NCBI GenBank assembly: GCA_963555825.3
Contig: CAUVXB020000001.1
Coordinates: 2,176,001 to 2,240,000, forward strand
DNA from: Alphaproteobacteria bacterium
GTDB taxonomy: Bacteria; Pseudomonadota; Alphaproteobacteria; JAAXGF01
Direction of reading: 5' to 3'
DNA length: 64,000 nucleotides
Part shown: one piece after another, positions 1-10,838 of the stretch
How the letters are laid out: each line of letters starts with the position of its first letter
Position numbering within the stretch: the first letter of the stretch is position 1
Position numbers and translations under genes: made by a program
The notes under the pieces: generated by a model
The model's input: only the letters and a program-made list of their open reading frames with translations
Databases searched by the model: none
Told to the model about the DNA's origin: nothing

Positions 1-112
1 CTTCCTGCAGGGCGATGATATCGGCGCCGTCGACTTCGCTGGCGATCCTCTCCAGATCGAAACGACCGTCTTTGCCGAGTCCGAACTGGATGTTGTAGGT
101 GACGATTTTCAT
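1..112 (-). CDS. Endonuclease/exonuclease/phosphatase (EEP) family protein, 5' part (runs off the window)
   Basis: Minus strand from ATG at 112 reads MKIVTYNIQFGLGKDGRFDLERIASEVDGADIIALQE, with the TYNI and DIIALQE motifs of EEP proteins. Confidence 0.85.
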   Translation of the reverse strand, partial: MKIVTYNIQFGLGKDGRFDLERIASEVDGADIIALQE

Positions 113-120
113 TGAACCCG

Positions 121-789
121 TCACGATGGCAACCGAACGCTGCCGAATCTGGTCTCGGCCCAGCGTGCGATACGCAGGACCGGGTAGCAGTAGGCAAAGT
201 ACATCAGCGCCGTCATGCCGTAGATCACCATCAGTTCCCTTGGGTGGCGCTGGGTGGCGTGTTCACCGGCCCGGACCAGCTCGGCGATGCCGATGACCGA
301 GACGATGGACGTGCCTTTGATGATGATGACATAGACGCCGCCCATCGGCGGGATCATCATCTTCACGGCCTGGGGCAGGACCACGTACCACATGCATTGC
401 AGAGCCGTCATTCCGGTCGAGCGCGCCGCTTCGCTCTGGCCGCGCGGGACGGCCTCGATCGCGCCGCGAACGATTTCCGCGACATAGGTCGAGGTATAGA
501 GACTGAGGGCGATGACGGCCGCCGGAAAGGCTTCCAACTGCAGCCACGAGATTCCCGTCGCCGGCAGCATGAAGTAGACGAAGTAGAGGTGGATCAGGAA
601 CGGGGTGCCGCGCAGCATATGGATATACGCGCCCAGCGGATAGGTGATCACGGCATAGTCCAGTGTCCGCAGCATGCCGACGACGATGCCGAGCAGGCTG
701 CCGAAGAAGATCGTGATCAGGGAAATCTTGAAGGTCATCCATAGACCCTCGAGGAGGAACGGAAATGTCGACAAAATGACGTCCAACAT
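121..789 (-). CDS. Polar amino acid ABC transporter permease
   Basis: RGTP motif, EAA loop (GQSEAARSTGMT), transmembrane helices. Confidence 0.92.
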   Translation of the reverse strand: MLDVILSTFPFLLEGLWMTFKISLITIFFGSLLGIVVGMLRTLDYAVITYPLGAYIHMLRGTPFLIHLYFVYFMLPATGISWLQLEAFPAAVIALSLYTSTYVAEIVRGAIEAVPRGQSEAARSTGMTALQCMWYVVLPQAVKMMIPPMGGVYVIIIKGTSIVSVIGIAELVRAGEHATQRHPRELMVIYGMTALMYFAYCYPVLRIARWAETRFGSVRLPS

Positions 790-802
790 GTGCCTCTCCC
801 CC

Positions 803-1492
803 CTAAGCCCGAGTCGCCGTTCCGCCGAGGCGGCGTTGGACGTAGTTGGTCACCGCCAGCATGACGGCGTAGATCCCCAGGTAGCAGATGCCGACCGTCA
901 GGAACCCCTCGTTCGGCATCAGCCGTTCGTTGAGGATGACCAAACCGGCACCGAACAGCTCGAAGACGCCGATGAAGCTGACCAAGGAACTATCCTTGAT
1001 GAGAACCGCGGTCTGCCCCAACAAGGGCGGTGCGACGCGCGCGAATGCCTGTGGCAAGACGACGTAACGCATGCGTTGCAGATAGCTCATGCCGACGGAC
1101 TGGGCACCCTCGATCTGGCCGCGCGAGATGGACTCGATGCCGGCGCGGATGATCTCGCTCATGAAGGCGCCGGCGTTGAGGCCGAGCGCGATGATGCCCC
1201 CTTCGAGCTCGTCCAGACGGCGGTCGAGAATAGGCAGCGCCGGCAAGGTGAAATAGATCAGATAGATCTGGATAAGCAACGGCGTCGAGCGGATGGACTG
1301 CACGTAGCCAGCGGCAATCCGCCACAACACCGGGTTGGTGGACATCCGCATCATCGCGACGACGGTGCCGACGCAGAGCGACATTATCAGGGCAACCAGG
1401 GAAATCCAGGCCGTCGAACCGAGACCACGGGCGAACTCCGGCAGGTACTGGCCGACCACCCGGTAATTGTAGAAATCGAGAATCCAGTCCAT
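803..1492 (-). CDS. Polar amino acid ABC transporter permease
   Basis: RSTP motif, EAA-like GQIEGAQSVGMS, IKDSSL. Confidence 0.92.
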   Translation of the reverse strand: MDWILDFYNYRVVGQYLPEFARGLGSTAWISLVALIMSLCVGTVVAMMRMSTNPVLWRIAAGYVQSIRSTPLLIQIYLIYFTLPALPILDRRLDELEGGIIALGLNAGAFMSEIIRAGIESISRGQIEGAQSVGMSYLQRMRYVVLPQAFARVAPPLLGQTAVLIKDSSLVSFIGVFELFGAGLVILNERLMPNEGFLTVGICYLGIYAVMLAVTNYVQRRLGGTATRA

Positions 1493-1582
1493 TTCTAGCG
1501 GCTCGATTGCCCGGCGAAAAATTACGGGGGTTCCGCAATATCGGCAGAACCCCCGTGGTCCGTGCTTATGAGAACTCTGGAC

Positions 1583-2377
1583 TTAGTGGTCCATCTTCCA
1601 GGTCGGGCCGCGCATCCAGTAGTCGGCCAATGCTTCCAGGCGTCCGTCGTTGCGGATCAGCATGAAATAATTGTCCATCCAGCGCAGCAGGTGGGTTTCC
1701 TCGGGGCGCGTGGCAAAACTCAGGGGCCAACGCTTGGGCGCCCCTTCGAGGATCTTGAACTCCGGGTATTCGACCATATAACCGGCGGCCGACGCGATGT
1801 CGTTGATCCCCGCGTCGGCACGGTCGGCGGCGACAGCCTGCGCCACCGCGGCGCCGCCGCCGGCGAATTCCTTGATTTCCGTATCAGGGCACTTCTTCTT
1901 CAACAGGCCGACGTTGCTGCTGCCTTGAACGACGCCGATAGAGACACCGCCCTTGCAGGCGTCCTGCCATTTGACGAAGGATTGGCTCTTCTTCGAATAG
2001 AGCACGACATCACTGTAGAGGTAGGGCTCGGTGAAGCTCAAGACCAGCGTACGCTTGGCGTTGGGCGTCATGTCGGCGGCCAGGAAATCGGCCTTGCCGG
2101 AATTGACGGCGGGGATCAAGCCCTTCCAATCATAATCGAGAAGCTTGAGCTCGACACCCATGTCCTCGGCCATCATCTTGACCACCTCGATGGCGAACCC
2201 AGTGCGCTCGCCGTTCTTGTCGACAAAGCTAACGGGCGGTCCCTGCGTCTGAACGGCGACCCACAGCTCGCCACGCTTGACGATGTCCTTCAAGACGTCG
2301 GCCGACGCCGGCTGGACAAACGCGCTCAGTCCGAGCGCGCACAGGCCCAAGCCAAACATTCTGGTGATTTTCTTCAT
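1583..2377 (-). CDS. Polar amino acid ABC transporter substrate-binding protein (family 3)
   Basis: Signal peptide MKKITRMFG...ASA; SBP_bac_3-like sequence; GGGAG upstream of ATG 2377. Confidence 0.9.
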   Translation of the reverse strand: MKKITRMFGLGLCALGLSAFVQPASADVLKDIVKRGELWVAVQTQGPPVSFVDKNGERTGFAIEVVKMMAEDMGVELKLLDYDWKGLIPAVNSGKADFLAADMTPNAKRTLVLSFTEPYLYSDVVLYSKKSQSFVKWQDACKGGVSIGVVQGSSNVGLLKKKCPDTEIKEFAGGGAAVAQAVAADRADAGINDIASAAGYMVEYPEFKILEGAPKRWPLSFATRPEETHLLRWMDNYFMLIRNDGRLEALADYWMRGPTWKMDH

Positions 2378-2486
2378 CTCTAATCTCCCTTCGATCATGT
2401 GCTCCCGTGGTCGGCGGCGCTTCGACCACCTTAGCCAAGGGATGCCCGAGATTCCAACAGATTTAGTATAAATCAATTAGATGTTT

Positions 2487-2498
2487 TGGTCTATACCA
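2487..2498. promoter_or_regulatory. Putative GntR/HutC-family (PhnF/PhnR-type) operator
   Basis: TGGTCTATACCA imperfect palindrome in AT-rich DNA upstream of the binding-protein gene; near-identical site at 4073-4084. Confidence 0.6.
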
Positions 2499-2512
2499 AA
2501 TATGAACGGCCT

Positions 2513-3268
2513 CTAAATGATCTGGCTCAGGAACAATTGCGTCCGTTCATGTTGCGGGTCGTCGAAGACTGCCTCGGGCGTGCCTTCTTCGATGATCGCG
2601 CCATCGTCCATGAAGGTTACCCGGTCGGCCGCTTCGCGGGCGAAACCCATCTCGTGGGTAACGACGATCATGGTCGTGCCCTCGGTGGCCAGATCCTTCA
2701 TCAGCTCGAGAACGCCGCCGACCGTTTCCGGGTCGAGCGCCGACGTCGCTTCGTCGAACAGCATGACCTTGGGCGTCATGGCCAGCGAGCGGGCGATGGC
2801 GACGCGTTGCTGCTGTCCACCGGAAAGCTCGCTCGGGTAGTTGTCCGCCTTGTCGCCGATGCCGACCCGGTCGAGCAGTCGACGGCCGATCTCGTCGGCC
2901 TCGCCCCGTTCGCGCTTGAGGACGACGGTTTGCGGCATGGTGATGTTCTCCAGCGCCGTTTTATGCTCGAACAGGTTGAAGTGCTGGAAGACCATGCCGA
3001 CGCCCTGGCGCAACCGGTTGAGGTCGGTCTTGGGATTGGTCAGCTCGACGCCGTCGATGACGATCGAGCCGGAGTCGATCGGCTGCAATCCGTTGAGCGC
3101 GCGCAGAAACGTGCTCTTGCCCGAGCCGCTCGGCCCGATGACGACAAGAACCTCGCCCTTGTCGACGTGGTTGGTGACGTGTCGGAGCGCATGCACGGCC
3201 GCGCGCCCCGGAATTTCGAAGGTCTTGCAGATATCGTTGACCACAACGATCGGCGTTTCGCTTTGCAT
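2513..3268 (-). CDS. Polar amino acid ABC transporter ATP-binding protein
   Basis: Walker A GPSGSGKS, signature [13 protein letters not shown], Walker B MLFDE. Confidence 0.95.
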   Translation of the reverse strand: MQSETPIVVVNDICKTFEIPGRAAVHALRHVTNHVDKGEVLVVIGPSGSGKSTFLRALNGLQPIDSGSIVIDGVELTNPKTDLNRLRQGVGMVFQHFNLFEHKTALENITMPQTVVLKRERGEADEIGRRLLDRVGIGDKADNYPSELSGGQQQRVAIARSLAMTPKVMLFDEATSALDPETVGGVLELMKDLATEGTTMIVVTHEMGFAREAADRVTFMDDGAIIEEGTPEAVFDDPQHERTQLFLSQII

Positions 3269-3292
3269 TTTGCGCTCCCCACCCAAATGTCG

Positions 3293-4033
3293 CTACGCCG
3301 TTGCCTTTTCTTCGATCCTTCCCACCGCCGAGACGCAGATTTCGATTGCGTCGTGACGCCAGAATTCCTGATCGAGCTCGACCACCTCGTTGAACTGATC
3401 GAGAATGGTCCGCGACAGGTAAAGGCTTGGCGTTCCGACCGCGACCCCGAGCGCCTTGGCCACAAATTCCGATAGCGCCGTCGGACGCATGATGATCTGT
3501 GTCCGATGCTCGATGATGCCGAATTTCTCCGACATTATAGCGGTCATCGATTGATCGAGCGGGTAATCCAGAAGACCGGAACAGTGCTCTGCCCTGACAT
3601 GAATTTGTTCAACCAGGACCGCCCGCCCATCGACCGTCCGCAGACGGTTGATGACAAAGATAGGGTCGCCGACGGCACAGCCCAGATGGGCGCATTCCCA
3701 CTGGGAAGCAGCAACCCGCTGTTTCGACAGGACGGTCGTGCCGGCCACCCGGCCCTGCGCCGTGATACTCTTGGTAAAGCTGGTGTTGGCGGTAGGATCA
3801 TATTGGACCCGGGGCGGCGAGACGAACCATCCGCGCCGCTCCTCGCGAAAGATCAGGCCTTCGGCCTCGAGCCGCATCAGTGCTTGGCGCACCGTAACCC
3901 TGGTGATGGAAAATTCGTCGGCCAAGGCCCGTTCCGGCGGGAGCTTAGCACCGGAGACCAGCGCCCCCCTCTCGATCAACGCGGCTAAATGGTCTCGGAC
4001 GCGTAGATAATAGGGCACCCGACGATCCCACAC
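3293..4033 (-). CDS. GntR/HutC-family regulator with UTRA domain, PhnR-like (start uncertain)
   Basis: wHTH KLPPERALADEFSITRVTVRQAL, IFREERRGWFVSPPR, C-terminal UTRA (ELDQEFWRHDA). Confidence 0.85.
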   Translation of the reverse strand: MWDRRVPYYLRVRDHLAALIERGALVSGAKLPPERALADEFSITRVTVRQALMRLEAEGLIFREERRGWFVSPPRVQYDPTANTSFTKSITAQGRVAGTTVLSKQRVAASQWECAHLGCAVGDPIFVINRLRTVDGRAVLVEQIHVRAEHCSGLLDYPLDQSMTAIMSEKFGIIEHRTQIIMRPTALSEFVAKALGVAVGTPSLYLSRTILDQFNEVVELDQEFWRHDAIEICVSAVGRIEEKATA

Positions 4034-4072
4034 CCGGCGAACGTCATCTGAAATGGACCAAATCGATTCATC

Positions 4073-4084
4073 TGGTATAGTCCA
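4073..4084. promoter_or_regulatory. Putative autoregulatory GntR operator
   Basis: TGGTATAGTCCA, one mismatch to the reverse complement of the 2487-2498 site. Confidence 0.55.
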
Positions 4085-4185
4085 TATCTTCGGCATGGCC
4101 GGACGGTACGTACTGTGGTGCGGATTGTCAAGCGACGCGCCGGGCCGTGGCGACGCCGGAGCGGGTTTCACCCCGAAGGGACAAT

Positions 4186-4740
4186 TCAACGAGCACGTCG
4201 CGTTACGGCCTCTCCGCTTCTGTTCGTTCCTCGATGCCGCAAGGCGGGCAAGGCGGCCAAAAGCTCATCGACACATTGCATGACGGATTTGCCAGCAGTA
4301 TCAATCACGAAGTGATTTCGGCCCCACGGATGATATTCCCGATCGAGCACATCCTGCCAAGTCGGCAACTTCAGGCCGGATATGTCGGCGGTGCGCGATT
4401 CAATCCGCTTTCGATGCTCGATCACATCCGAACAAACCACCTCCACTTCGATGCCTTCGCGACCCGCCCGCTCTGCGGCGCTCAACCACCCAGTCCGCGA
4501 CAGATCAATCGGGTTGACTGAATCCGCGACAACTGTTCGGCCCAAACGCAGATTATCTTCGGCCAAGGCATAGCCTACCAGGTAGCCCGCGTCGTCGACG
4601 GGGTGAATGTTGAGGCTGGAATCGGTTATCGCCTGTTCAATGCTGTCGATGCGCAGATAGGTCGCGCAGATGCGGCGGGCGAGTTCGGTGGCGAGTGCCG
4701 TTTTGCCGGTACCGGGTAGCCCCGCAAAAATCACCAACAC
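4186..4740 (-). CDS. AAA_33-type P-loop kinase
   Basis: GLPGTGKT Walker A, YLRIDSIEQ, VVADSVNP. Confidence 0.85.
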   Translation of the reverse strand: MLVIFAGLPGTGKTALATELARRICATYLRIDSIEQAITDSSLNIHPVDDAGYLVGYALAEDNLRLGRTVVADSVNPIDLSRTGWLSAAERAGREGIEVEVVCSDVIEHRKRIESRTADISGLKLPTWQDVLDREYHPWGRNHFVIDTAGKSVMQCVDELLAALPALRHRGTNRSGEAVTRRAR

Positions 4741-4896
4741 AGGATTGCTCCACAGGGTCCATGTGCACAAAAACCTACGCTAGCAGCCGATCGTTGTCGA
4801 TTATCTGAAGCTGACGACGCCGGACCTCTTTGAATGGGTGGTGAAATTCCGGTCGTCACGAGTAACTGGACAATTGCCGAGCGTGGCTCGGCAGCC

Positions 4897-5037
4897 TCGA
4901 TGAGTGGGCCGCCTAGCGCAGCGCGTCGGCGATCAGCACCTCGGCGGCGGCGCGGACGTGGCGCACCCGGTCGGGCGTGCCGGTGACGTGGGCGAGCGCG
5001 GTGGCGCGTTCGGCGAGCAACATGAGACCGCGCTCGA
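4897..5037 (-). pseudogene. Diverged duplicate of the 3' end of the tetR gene (7161-7300)
   Basis: Encodes LMLLAERATALAHVTG...AAAEVLIADALR versus LMLLIEGATALAHVTG...AAAEVLIADALD; the sequence past the stop is also shared. Confidence 0.85.
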
Positions 5038-7005
5038 TCAGGCGGCATCTTCCCTGCGGCCTTCGGCGGCTTCGACCTCGATGAAGGTGTCGTTGTAGGC
5101 CGGCTGACCAGCCGGCGACCAAGACGACGGCGACAGCAGGTTGACGACGGCGTCGGTCTCGGGCGGCTCGCTCCACCACTTGCCGGCCAGGGCCACGGCG
5201 CCGGCGCAAATGGCATCCGTGACTGCGAGAGCGGCCCGGACCTCGCCGCGCTCGTTGCGCAGCACGACGGGCTGGCCGTCGACCAGGCCGCGCTCGGCGG
5301 CGTCGGATGGGTTCATCTCCAGCGCCGGGTGCCCCTGGGCCTTGCGCTGGCGCGGCATGTTGGCGAAGCTTGAATTGAGGAAGTAATGGGACTTGGGCGT
5401 CAGCAGGCGAAGCGCGTCCGAGGCCACCGGCTCAAGCTCATCGCTGGCAAACCGCAACGTCGCCTCGCCCGCCGCCGGGTCGGGCCGGGGCGGCGAGACT
5501 TTGCGCCAACCCTCGACCTTGAGGTCGGCGAGAGCGACCCCGGGCGGCAGAGCCGCGGCGGCGATCGCCTCGTCGCTCTCGCCATAGGCCGGATCATCGA
5601 GCCCGAGGCGCGGGGCCAGCAGCCGCATGACCTCGCCGTGGGACTTGGCTTCGCCGAGCGGCGCGATGGCCGGATTGTTGACCGAGATGTAGTGGTGCCC
5701 CCAGGCGCCCAGCACGTCGAAGTGCTCGAGCTGGGTGGTCGCCGGCAAAACGACATCGGCGTAACGCGCGGTGTCGGTCATGAAGTGCTCGAGCACCACG
5801 GTGAAGAGGTCGTCGCGGGCGAGGCCGCGCCGCACCCGCCCGGCGTCCACCTGGATCACCGCGGGGTTCATGCACCAGACCATCAGGCCCTTGACCGGCG
5901 GCGCGAGGCTCTGGTCGGTCAGCACCGCCCCCAGGGCCGAGAGGTCGAGGCTGCGTGGCGCGCCCGGTGTCAGGTCGGGGCGCGCCGCGGCAAACTCGTC
6001 GAACACCGGGGCGTCGAAGACGAACAGGCCGCCGCCGGGACGGCGCCAATGGCCGCCGAGGATGGCCAGCGCCGAGAGCCCACGCAGGTACGCCTCGCCC
6101 CGCACGGTCTGTTGCGGCGCGACGCCCGAGCGGATCACGGCCGGCTTTGCGGCGGCGAACTCGCGCGCCAGACGCACGACGGTCTCCGCCTCGATACCAC
6201 AGGTGGCGGCCACCCGCTCCGGCGTCCAGGGCTCGACCTGGGCGCAATAGTCGTCGAAATCGGCCGCCGCGGCGCGGGCGTAGTCGAGGTCGGCGAGGCC
6301 CTCGGCCAACATGACCCGGGCCAGGCCGGCGGCCAGCACCGCGTCGCTGCCCGGACGGATGGCGACATGCTCGTCGCATTGCTCGGCCGTGCGGCTCCGC
6401 CTTGGGTCGATGCAAATCACGCGGGCGCCGTGGCGCCGGCGCGCCTCCTTGACGAGCCGCCAGTGGTGATGGCAGGTCGACAGCATGTTGACGCCCCACA
6501 GCAGGATCAGCCGGCTGTCGACCATTTCCTCGGGGTCGAAGCCCACCGGGTGGCCTTCGGCGCAGAGCGCGCTCATCGACGCGCCGCAGACGTCGCCGTG
6601 CAGGTTCGAAGCGCCGAGGCCATGGAACAGGCGCCTCAGTGCCTGGCGCTGGACCGCCCCCATGGAGCCGAGATAGTAGAGCGGCATCAGGGCCTCGGCC
6701 CCGTCGCTCTCGATGATCGCCGTGAACCGACCGGCGATGGTGTCCAGCGCCTCGTCCCAGCTTATGCGTTCGAATTGTCCGCCACCCTTCGGTCCGCTGC
6801 GCCGCAGGGGGTGAAGCAGCCGGTCGGGCGCGTAGGTGCGCGCCTGGTAGTCGTTGACCTTGGCGCAGAGCACGCCGCGGGTGAACGGGTGGTCCTTGGC
6901 GCCGACGACGCGGACGACTCGCCCGTCCTCGACATGGGCGACCCAACTACAGGTGTCCTGACAGTCGAGCGGACAACATCCGATGACCCGTTTCACATCC
7001 GTCAT
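5038..7005 (-). CDS. Molybdopterin (bis-MGD) oxidoreductase family protein
   Basis: N-terminal CPLDCQDTC...LCAK 4Fe-4S motif, TDTARYADVVLPA, C-terminal molydop-binding domain. Confidence 0.9.
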   Translation of the reverse strand: MTDVKRVIGCCPLDCQDTCSWVAHVEDGRVVRVVGAKDHPFTRGVLCAKVNDYQARTYAPDRLLHPLRRSGPKGGGQFERISWDEALDTIAGRFTAIIESDGAEALMPLYYLGSMGAVQRQALRRLFHGLGASNLHGDVCGASMSALCAEGHPVGFDPEEMVDSRLILLWGVNMLSTCHHHWRLVKEARRRHGARVICIDPRRSRTAEQCDEHVAIRPGSDAVLAAGLARVMLAEGLADLDYARAAAADFDDYCAQVEPWTPERVAATCGIEAETVVRLAREFAAAKPAVIRSGVAPQQTVRGEAYLRGLSALAILGGHWRRPGGGLFVFDAPVFDEFAAARPDLTPGAPRSLDLSALGAVLTDQSLAPPVKGLMVWCMNPAVIQVDAGRVRRGLARDDLFTVVLEHFMTDTARYADVVLPATTQLEHFDVLGAWGHHYISVNNPAIAPLGEAKSHGEVMRLLAPRLGLDDPAYGESDEAIAAAALPPGVALADLKVEGWRKVSPPRPDPAAGEATLRFASDELEPVASDALRLLTPKSHYFLNSSFANMPRQRKAQGHPALEMNPSDAAERGLVDGQPVVLRNERGEVRAALAVTDAICAGAVALAGKWWSEPPETDAVVNLLSPSSWSPAGQPAYNDTFIEVEAAEGRREDAA

Positions 7006-7176
7006 CACGTCCCCCAAAGACCGCAACGCGACTCAATATATCGCATCTCAGCGGCGACGTGAGAGAAACGCGTGCAGCACGGGCGGACGTCGCGAGGTCG
7101 GATACCGGAGGTCCGCCAAGGGCCGATAGGCGGGCCTCAACGGGGCGATGCTCGGCCCATTCGATGAGTGGGCCGC

Positions 7177-7740
<564 letters not shown>

Positions 7741-7940
7741 GGTCGGCGCTCCTTTCGATAAACATACAGGTCCGTATATATAGCGCTCTTGTTTTGGCTT
7801 CGCAAGGACACGGGTGACGGCAGCCCTCGGCATGACTGTACGCGACTCCCGGCCTGCTCAATTAAACGAGACGTCGTATTCGCGCCAGAACTGCGATGGC
7901 GGGGAGATTCTGGAAATAATTTCGACTCACGCCTTGTAAA

Positions 7941-7958
7941 ACAGACCGAACTGTCTGT
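7941..7958. promoter_or_regulatory. Putative TetR operator
   Basis: ACAGAC-N6-GTCTGT palindrome in the divergent intergenic region; weaker copy ACATAC-N6-GTATAT at 7762-7779. Confidence 0.6.
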
Positions 7959-8067
7959 ATCAACCATACCGATTGAAAACACTGGTCCCGACGGCAGGCA
8001 TCGAAAGCGCCGTCGCGCGTCACTGGCGCGACCCGGACATCACACCGCACCAAAGGAAGACACCGAA

Positions 8068-8364
8068 ATGCACACATCCAACAGCGTTGTCGCAGGCCGC
8101 ATCGCCGGCTTGCTCGCCACCACCGCGCTGATCCTGGGCATCACGCTCAGCGCCGGAGCATTCGCCCAGCACGGCGGCTCGCGTGGCACGCCAGCCGGCC
8201 GGCCGCAGGCCACGCCGACCTACGACGCCTGGGTCGAGGACAACCGCACGCCGGAGATCACTCTCCGCGTCGAGGCGGCATCCGGAACGATCCTGACCGA
8301 CGCCGCGGTCGACACCGAGGCCCAGGCGATGCCCGAGCGCCGCGTCTTCCGGCAAAGCCGCTAG
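8068..8364 (+). CDS. Small exported hypothetical protein
   Basis: AAGGA RBS, signal peptide ending AFA, host-like codon usage. Confidence 0.55.
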   Translation: MHTSNSVVAGRIAGLLATTALILGITLSAGAFAQHGGSRGTPAGRPQATPTYDAWVEDNRTPEITLRVEAASGTILTDAAVDTEAQAMPERRVFRQSR

Positions 8365-8420
8365 CACCACCGGCGGCACGTGGCCTCGCCACCGCGCCCG
8401 CAAGATCGGAACTCGGAACC

Positions 8421-9020
<600 letters not shown>

Positions 9021-9030
9021 GGAGGCGCTC

Positions 9031-9492
9031 CTGCGCTACACGCGGAGCGGACTGATCCTGCAGGGACACGACTACCCAGCGCTCGTCGACTTCTATGCGC
9101 GGGTCTTGGAGCTGCCCGTCATGTTCGCGTTCGACAACGAACACTCGGTGCTGACCTGCCTCGACATGGGCGGCGCGTACCTGATGGTCGAGCCGGGCGG
9201 CCCGCCGCCGGTCGAAAGCAAGACGGTCGATCAGAACCCGATCACGCTGCGCTTCAACGTCGCCGACATCGACGGCGCGGCCGCGGCGCTGGCCAAGAAG
9301 GGCGTCGCGTTCCGCCGCCGCGACAACCCCTGGGGCCGCACGCTCGACTTCACCGACCCCGAGGGCAATGCCTGTCAGATTCGCGACGAGGTGGGCTTCG
9401 GCGCCCGAATACTCGTCTGCGCGCGGCGACCATTGCGGGATTTTGGCAAGGCCAGCGCCAGTCCCTGTTGCACGGCGCGCCGACGATGGTGA
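9031..9492 (+). CDS. VOC/glyoxalase family protein (CTG or mutated start; 3' end runs into duplicated DNA)
   Basis: AGGAGG then in-frame LRYTRSGLIL...DFYARVLEL...NPWGRTLDFTDPEGNACQI. Confidence 0.7.
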   Translation: MRYTRSGLILQGHDYPALVDFYARVLELPVMFAFDNEHSVLTCLDMGGAYLMVEPGGPPPVESKTVDQNPITLRFNVADIDGAAAALAKKGVAFRRRDNPWGRTLDFTDPEGNACQIRDEVGFGARILVCARRPLRDFGKASASPCCTARRRW

Positions 9493-9582
9493 AGGGGGTA
9501 TCGTCGATCGGCCGGCGCGCTTCCTTGACGGCTTGCGCCGTGCACCAGTTGCGCGCGGCGCGGCGCGGCTGCTCGAAATCCA
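9460..9582 (-). pseudogene. Diverged duplicate of the 3' end of the arm-domain gene (10469-10591)
   Basis: DFEQ..AARNWC...PIDDTPFTIVGAPCNRD versus DFEQAQAAARNWC...PIDDAPFNSVGAPCNRD. Confidence 0.85.
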
Positions 9583-9584
9583 TA

Positions 9585-9739
9585 GCGTCGACACACCGGT
9601 GACCGCCCTCGGCCACCAGACGGTCGACGCGCTGCAATTGGCGCTCGAGGGTTGGGACGGCGATGTCCACCTGATCGGCGACTGCCTCGCCCCGCGCACC
9701 GCCGAGGAGGCCGTGCCGGATGGGCTCAGGGCAGGCTAG
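9585..9739 (+). pseudogene. C-terminal remnant of an NADH:flavin oxidoreductase (OYE/TMADH-like)
   Basis: VDTPVTALGH...VHLIGDCLAPRTAEEAV.DGLRAG with no upstream coding part. Confidence 0.65.
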
Positions 9740-9775
9740 GCGGTGTGACCGGGAAGGCGCGGGCGGCGGCCAGCT

Positions 9776-10177
9776 TCAAAGGTCCGGGAACTTCAGCGGC
9801 CAATCCGACTGAGACCAGCCTTCGGCGATCCGATTCCCGTCCATGTGAAAAATCGAGAGGCCCTCATAACTGACATTTTTCCCTGTCGCGGCCTTGCCGC
9901 CGTAGGCGCCCTGATGGCTGGCCGTGCCGATAAAGCGCACGGCGATCTTGTCGCCGTCGATGAAGAGGTCGGCGATTTCGTAACGGAGGTCGGGGAAGGC
10001 TGTGTGGACCGCCCCGATGAACTCGCGAATGGCCCCGACCCCGGTCAGGATGTCGCCTCCGAAGTAAAACGTGGCATCCTCCTTGACGATCTCGGACAAA
10101 ACATCCAGCTTTTGATCTTCCCAGATTTCATGGATGAACCTGTCCATCACGGCCCGCAAAGCCTCCCTGTCGTTCAT
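9776..10177 (-). CDS. SnoaL-like ester cyclase
   Basis: AFPDLRYEIADLFIDGDKIAVRF.GTASHQG...ATGK. Confidence 0.88.
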   Translation of the reverse strand: MNDREALRAVMDRFIHEIWEDQKLDVLSEIVKEDATFYFGGDILTGVGAIREFIGAVHTAFPDLRYEIADLFIDGDKIAVRFIGTASHQGAYGGKAATGKNVSYEGLSIFHMDGNRIAEGWSQSDWPLKFPDL

Positions 10178-10466
10178 TGTTGTTTCCTTCCTTCACGCGA
10201 GATTGATCCCCCCAATGCGATCGGAGTGAAGAATGAATCGTGTGGGCGGACAAATCTTGTCTGAACTACTGCCCAATCGTTGGGCAGATTTGGCATCAGA
10301 AACTCTATGCAAAAAATGGCGGGCACGGAAAGTGTTTTCCGTACACGGGCTGCGCGAGGATATCGGCCGCGTGTGACCCGAAGTTGATATTCGGTGTCCT
10401 ATGCCAGAACATCGGCTCAAGGATCATAGCCGGCGCCAACATCGAGGGACCGTCCCGTCGGGCGCG

Positions 10467-10823
10467 CTAGTCCCTGTTGCACGGCGCGCCGACGCTGTTG
10501 AAGGGGGCGTCGTCGATCGGCGGCGTGGCCTGCTCGACGGCTCGCGCCGCGCACCAGTTCCGCGCGGCGGCCTGAGCCTGTTCGAAGTCCAGGACCGCGG
10601 CGCCGTCGGCGTCGTCGAGGTCGTCGGCGAGGCCGACCCGTTGTTCCGCGTAGCGCCCCTTCGCTCGGCAGAAGCGTGCGATCCAGAGCCGTGATTCGGT
10701 TCCTTTGTAGTAGCCCAGCTGGCCGCCTTCATCGAGCGCGTGCCAATAGGGCTTGTCGCGGGGCGCGAGGGCGCTTCGGGCCCGCCGGCTCTCGAGGTTG
10801 GTGTCTTCGCCCGTCGCCCTCAT
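10467..10823 (-). CDS. Stand-alone integrase arm-type DNA-binding domain protein (no catalytic domain)
   Basis: LESRRARSALAPRDKPYW...LGYYKG...WIAR...GLADD..DADG..VLDFEQAQ resembles N-termini of alphaproteobacterial tyrosine integrases. Confidence 0.7.
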   Translation of the reverse strand: MRATGEDTNLESRRARSALAPRDKPYWHALDEGGQLGYYKGTESRLWIARFCRAKGRYAEQRVGLADDLDDADGAAVLDFEQAQAAARNWCAARAVEQATPPIDDAPFNSVGAPCNRD

Positions 10824-10838
10824 CGCGCCCAACGATCC

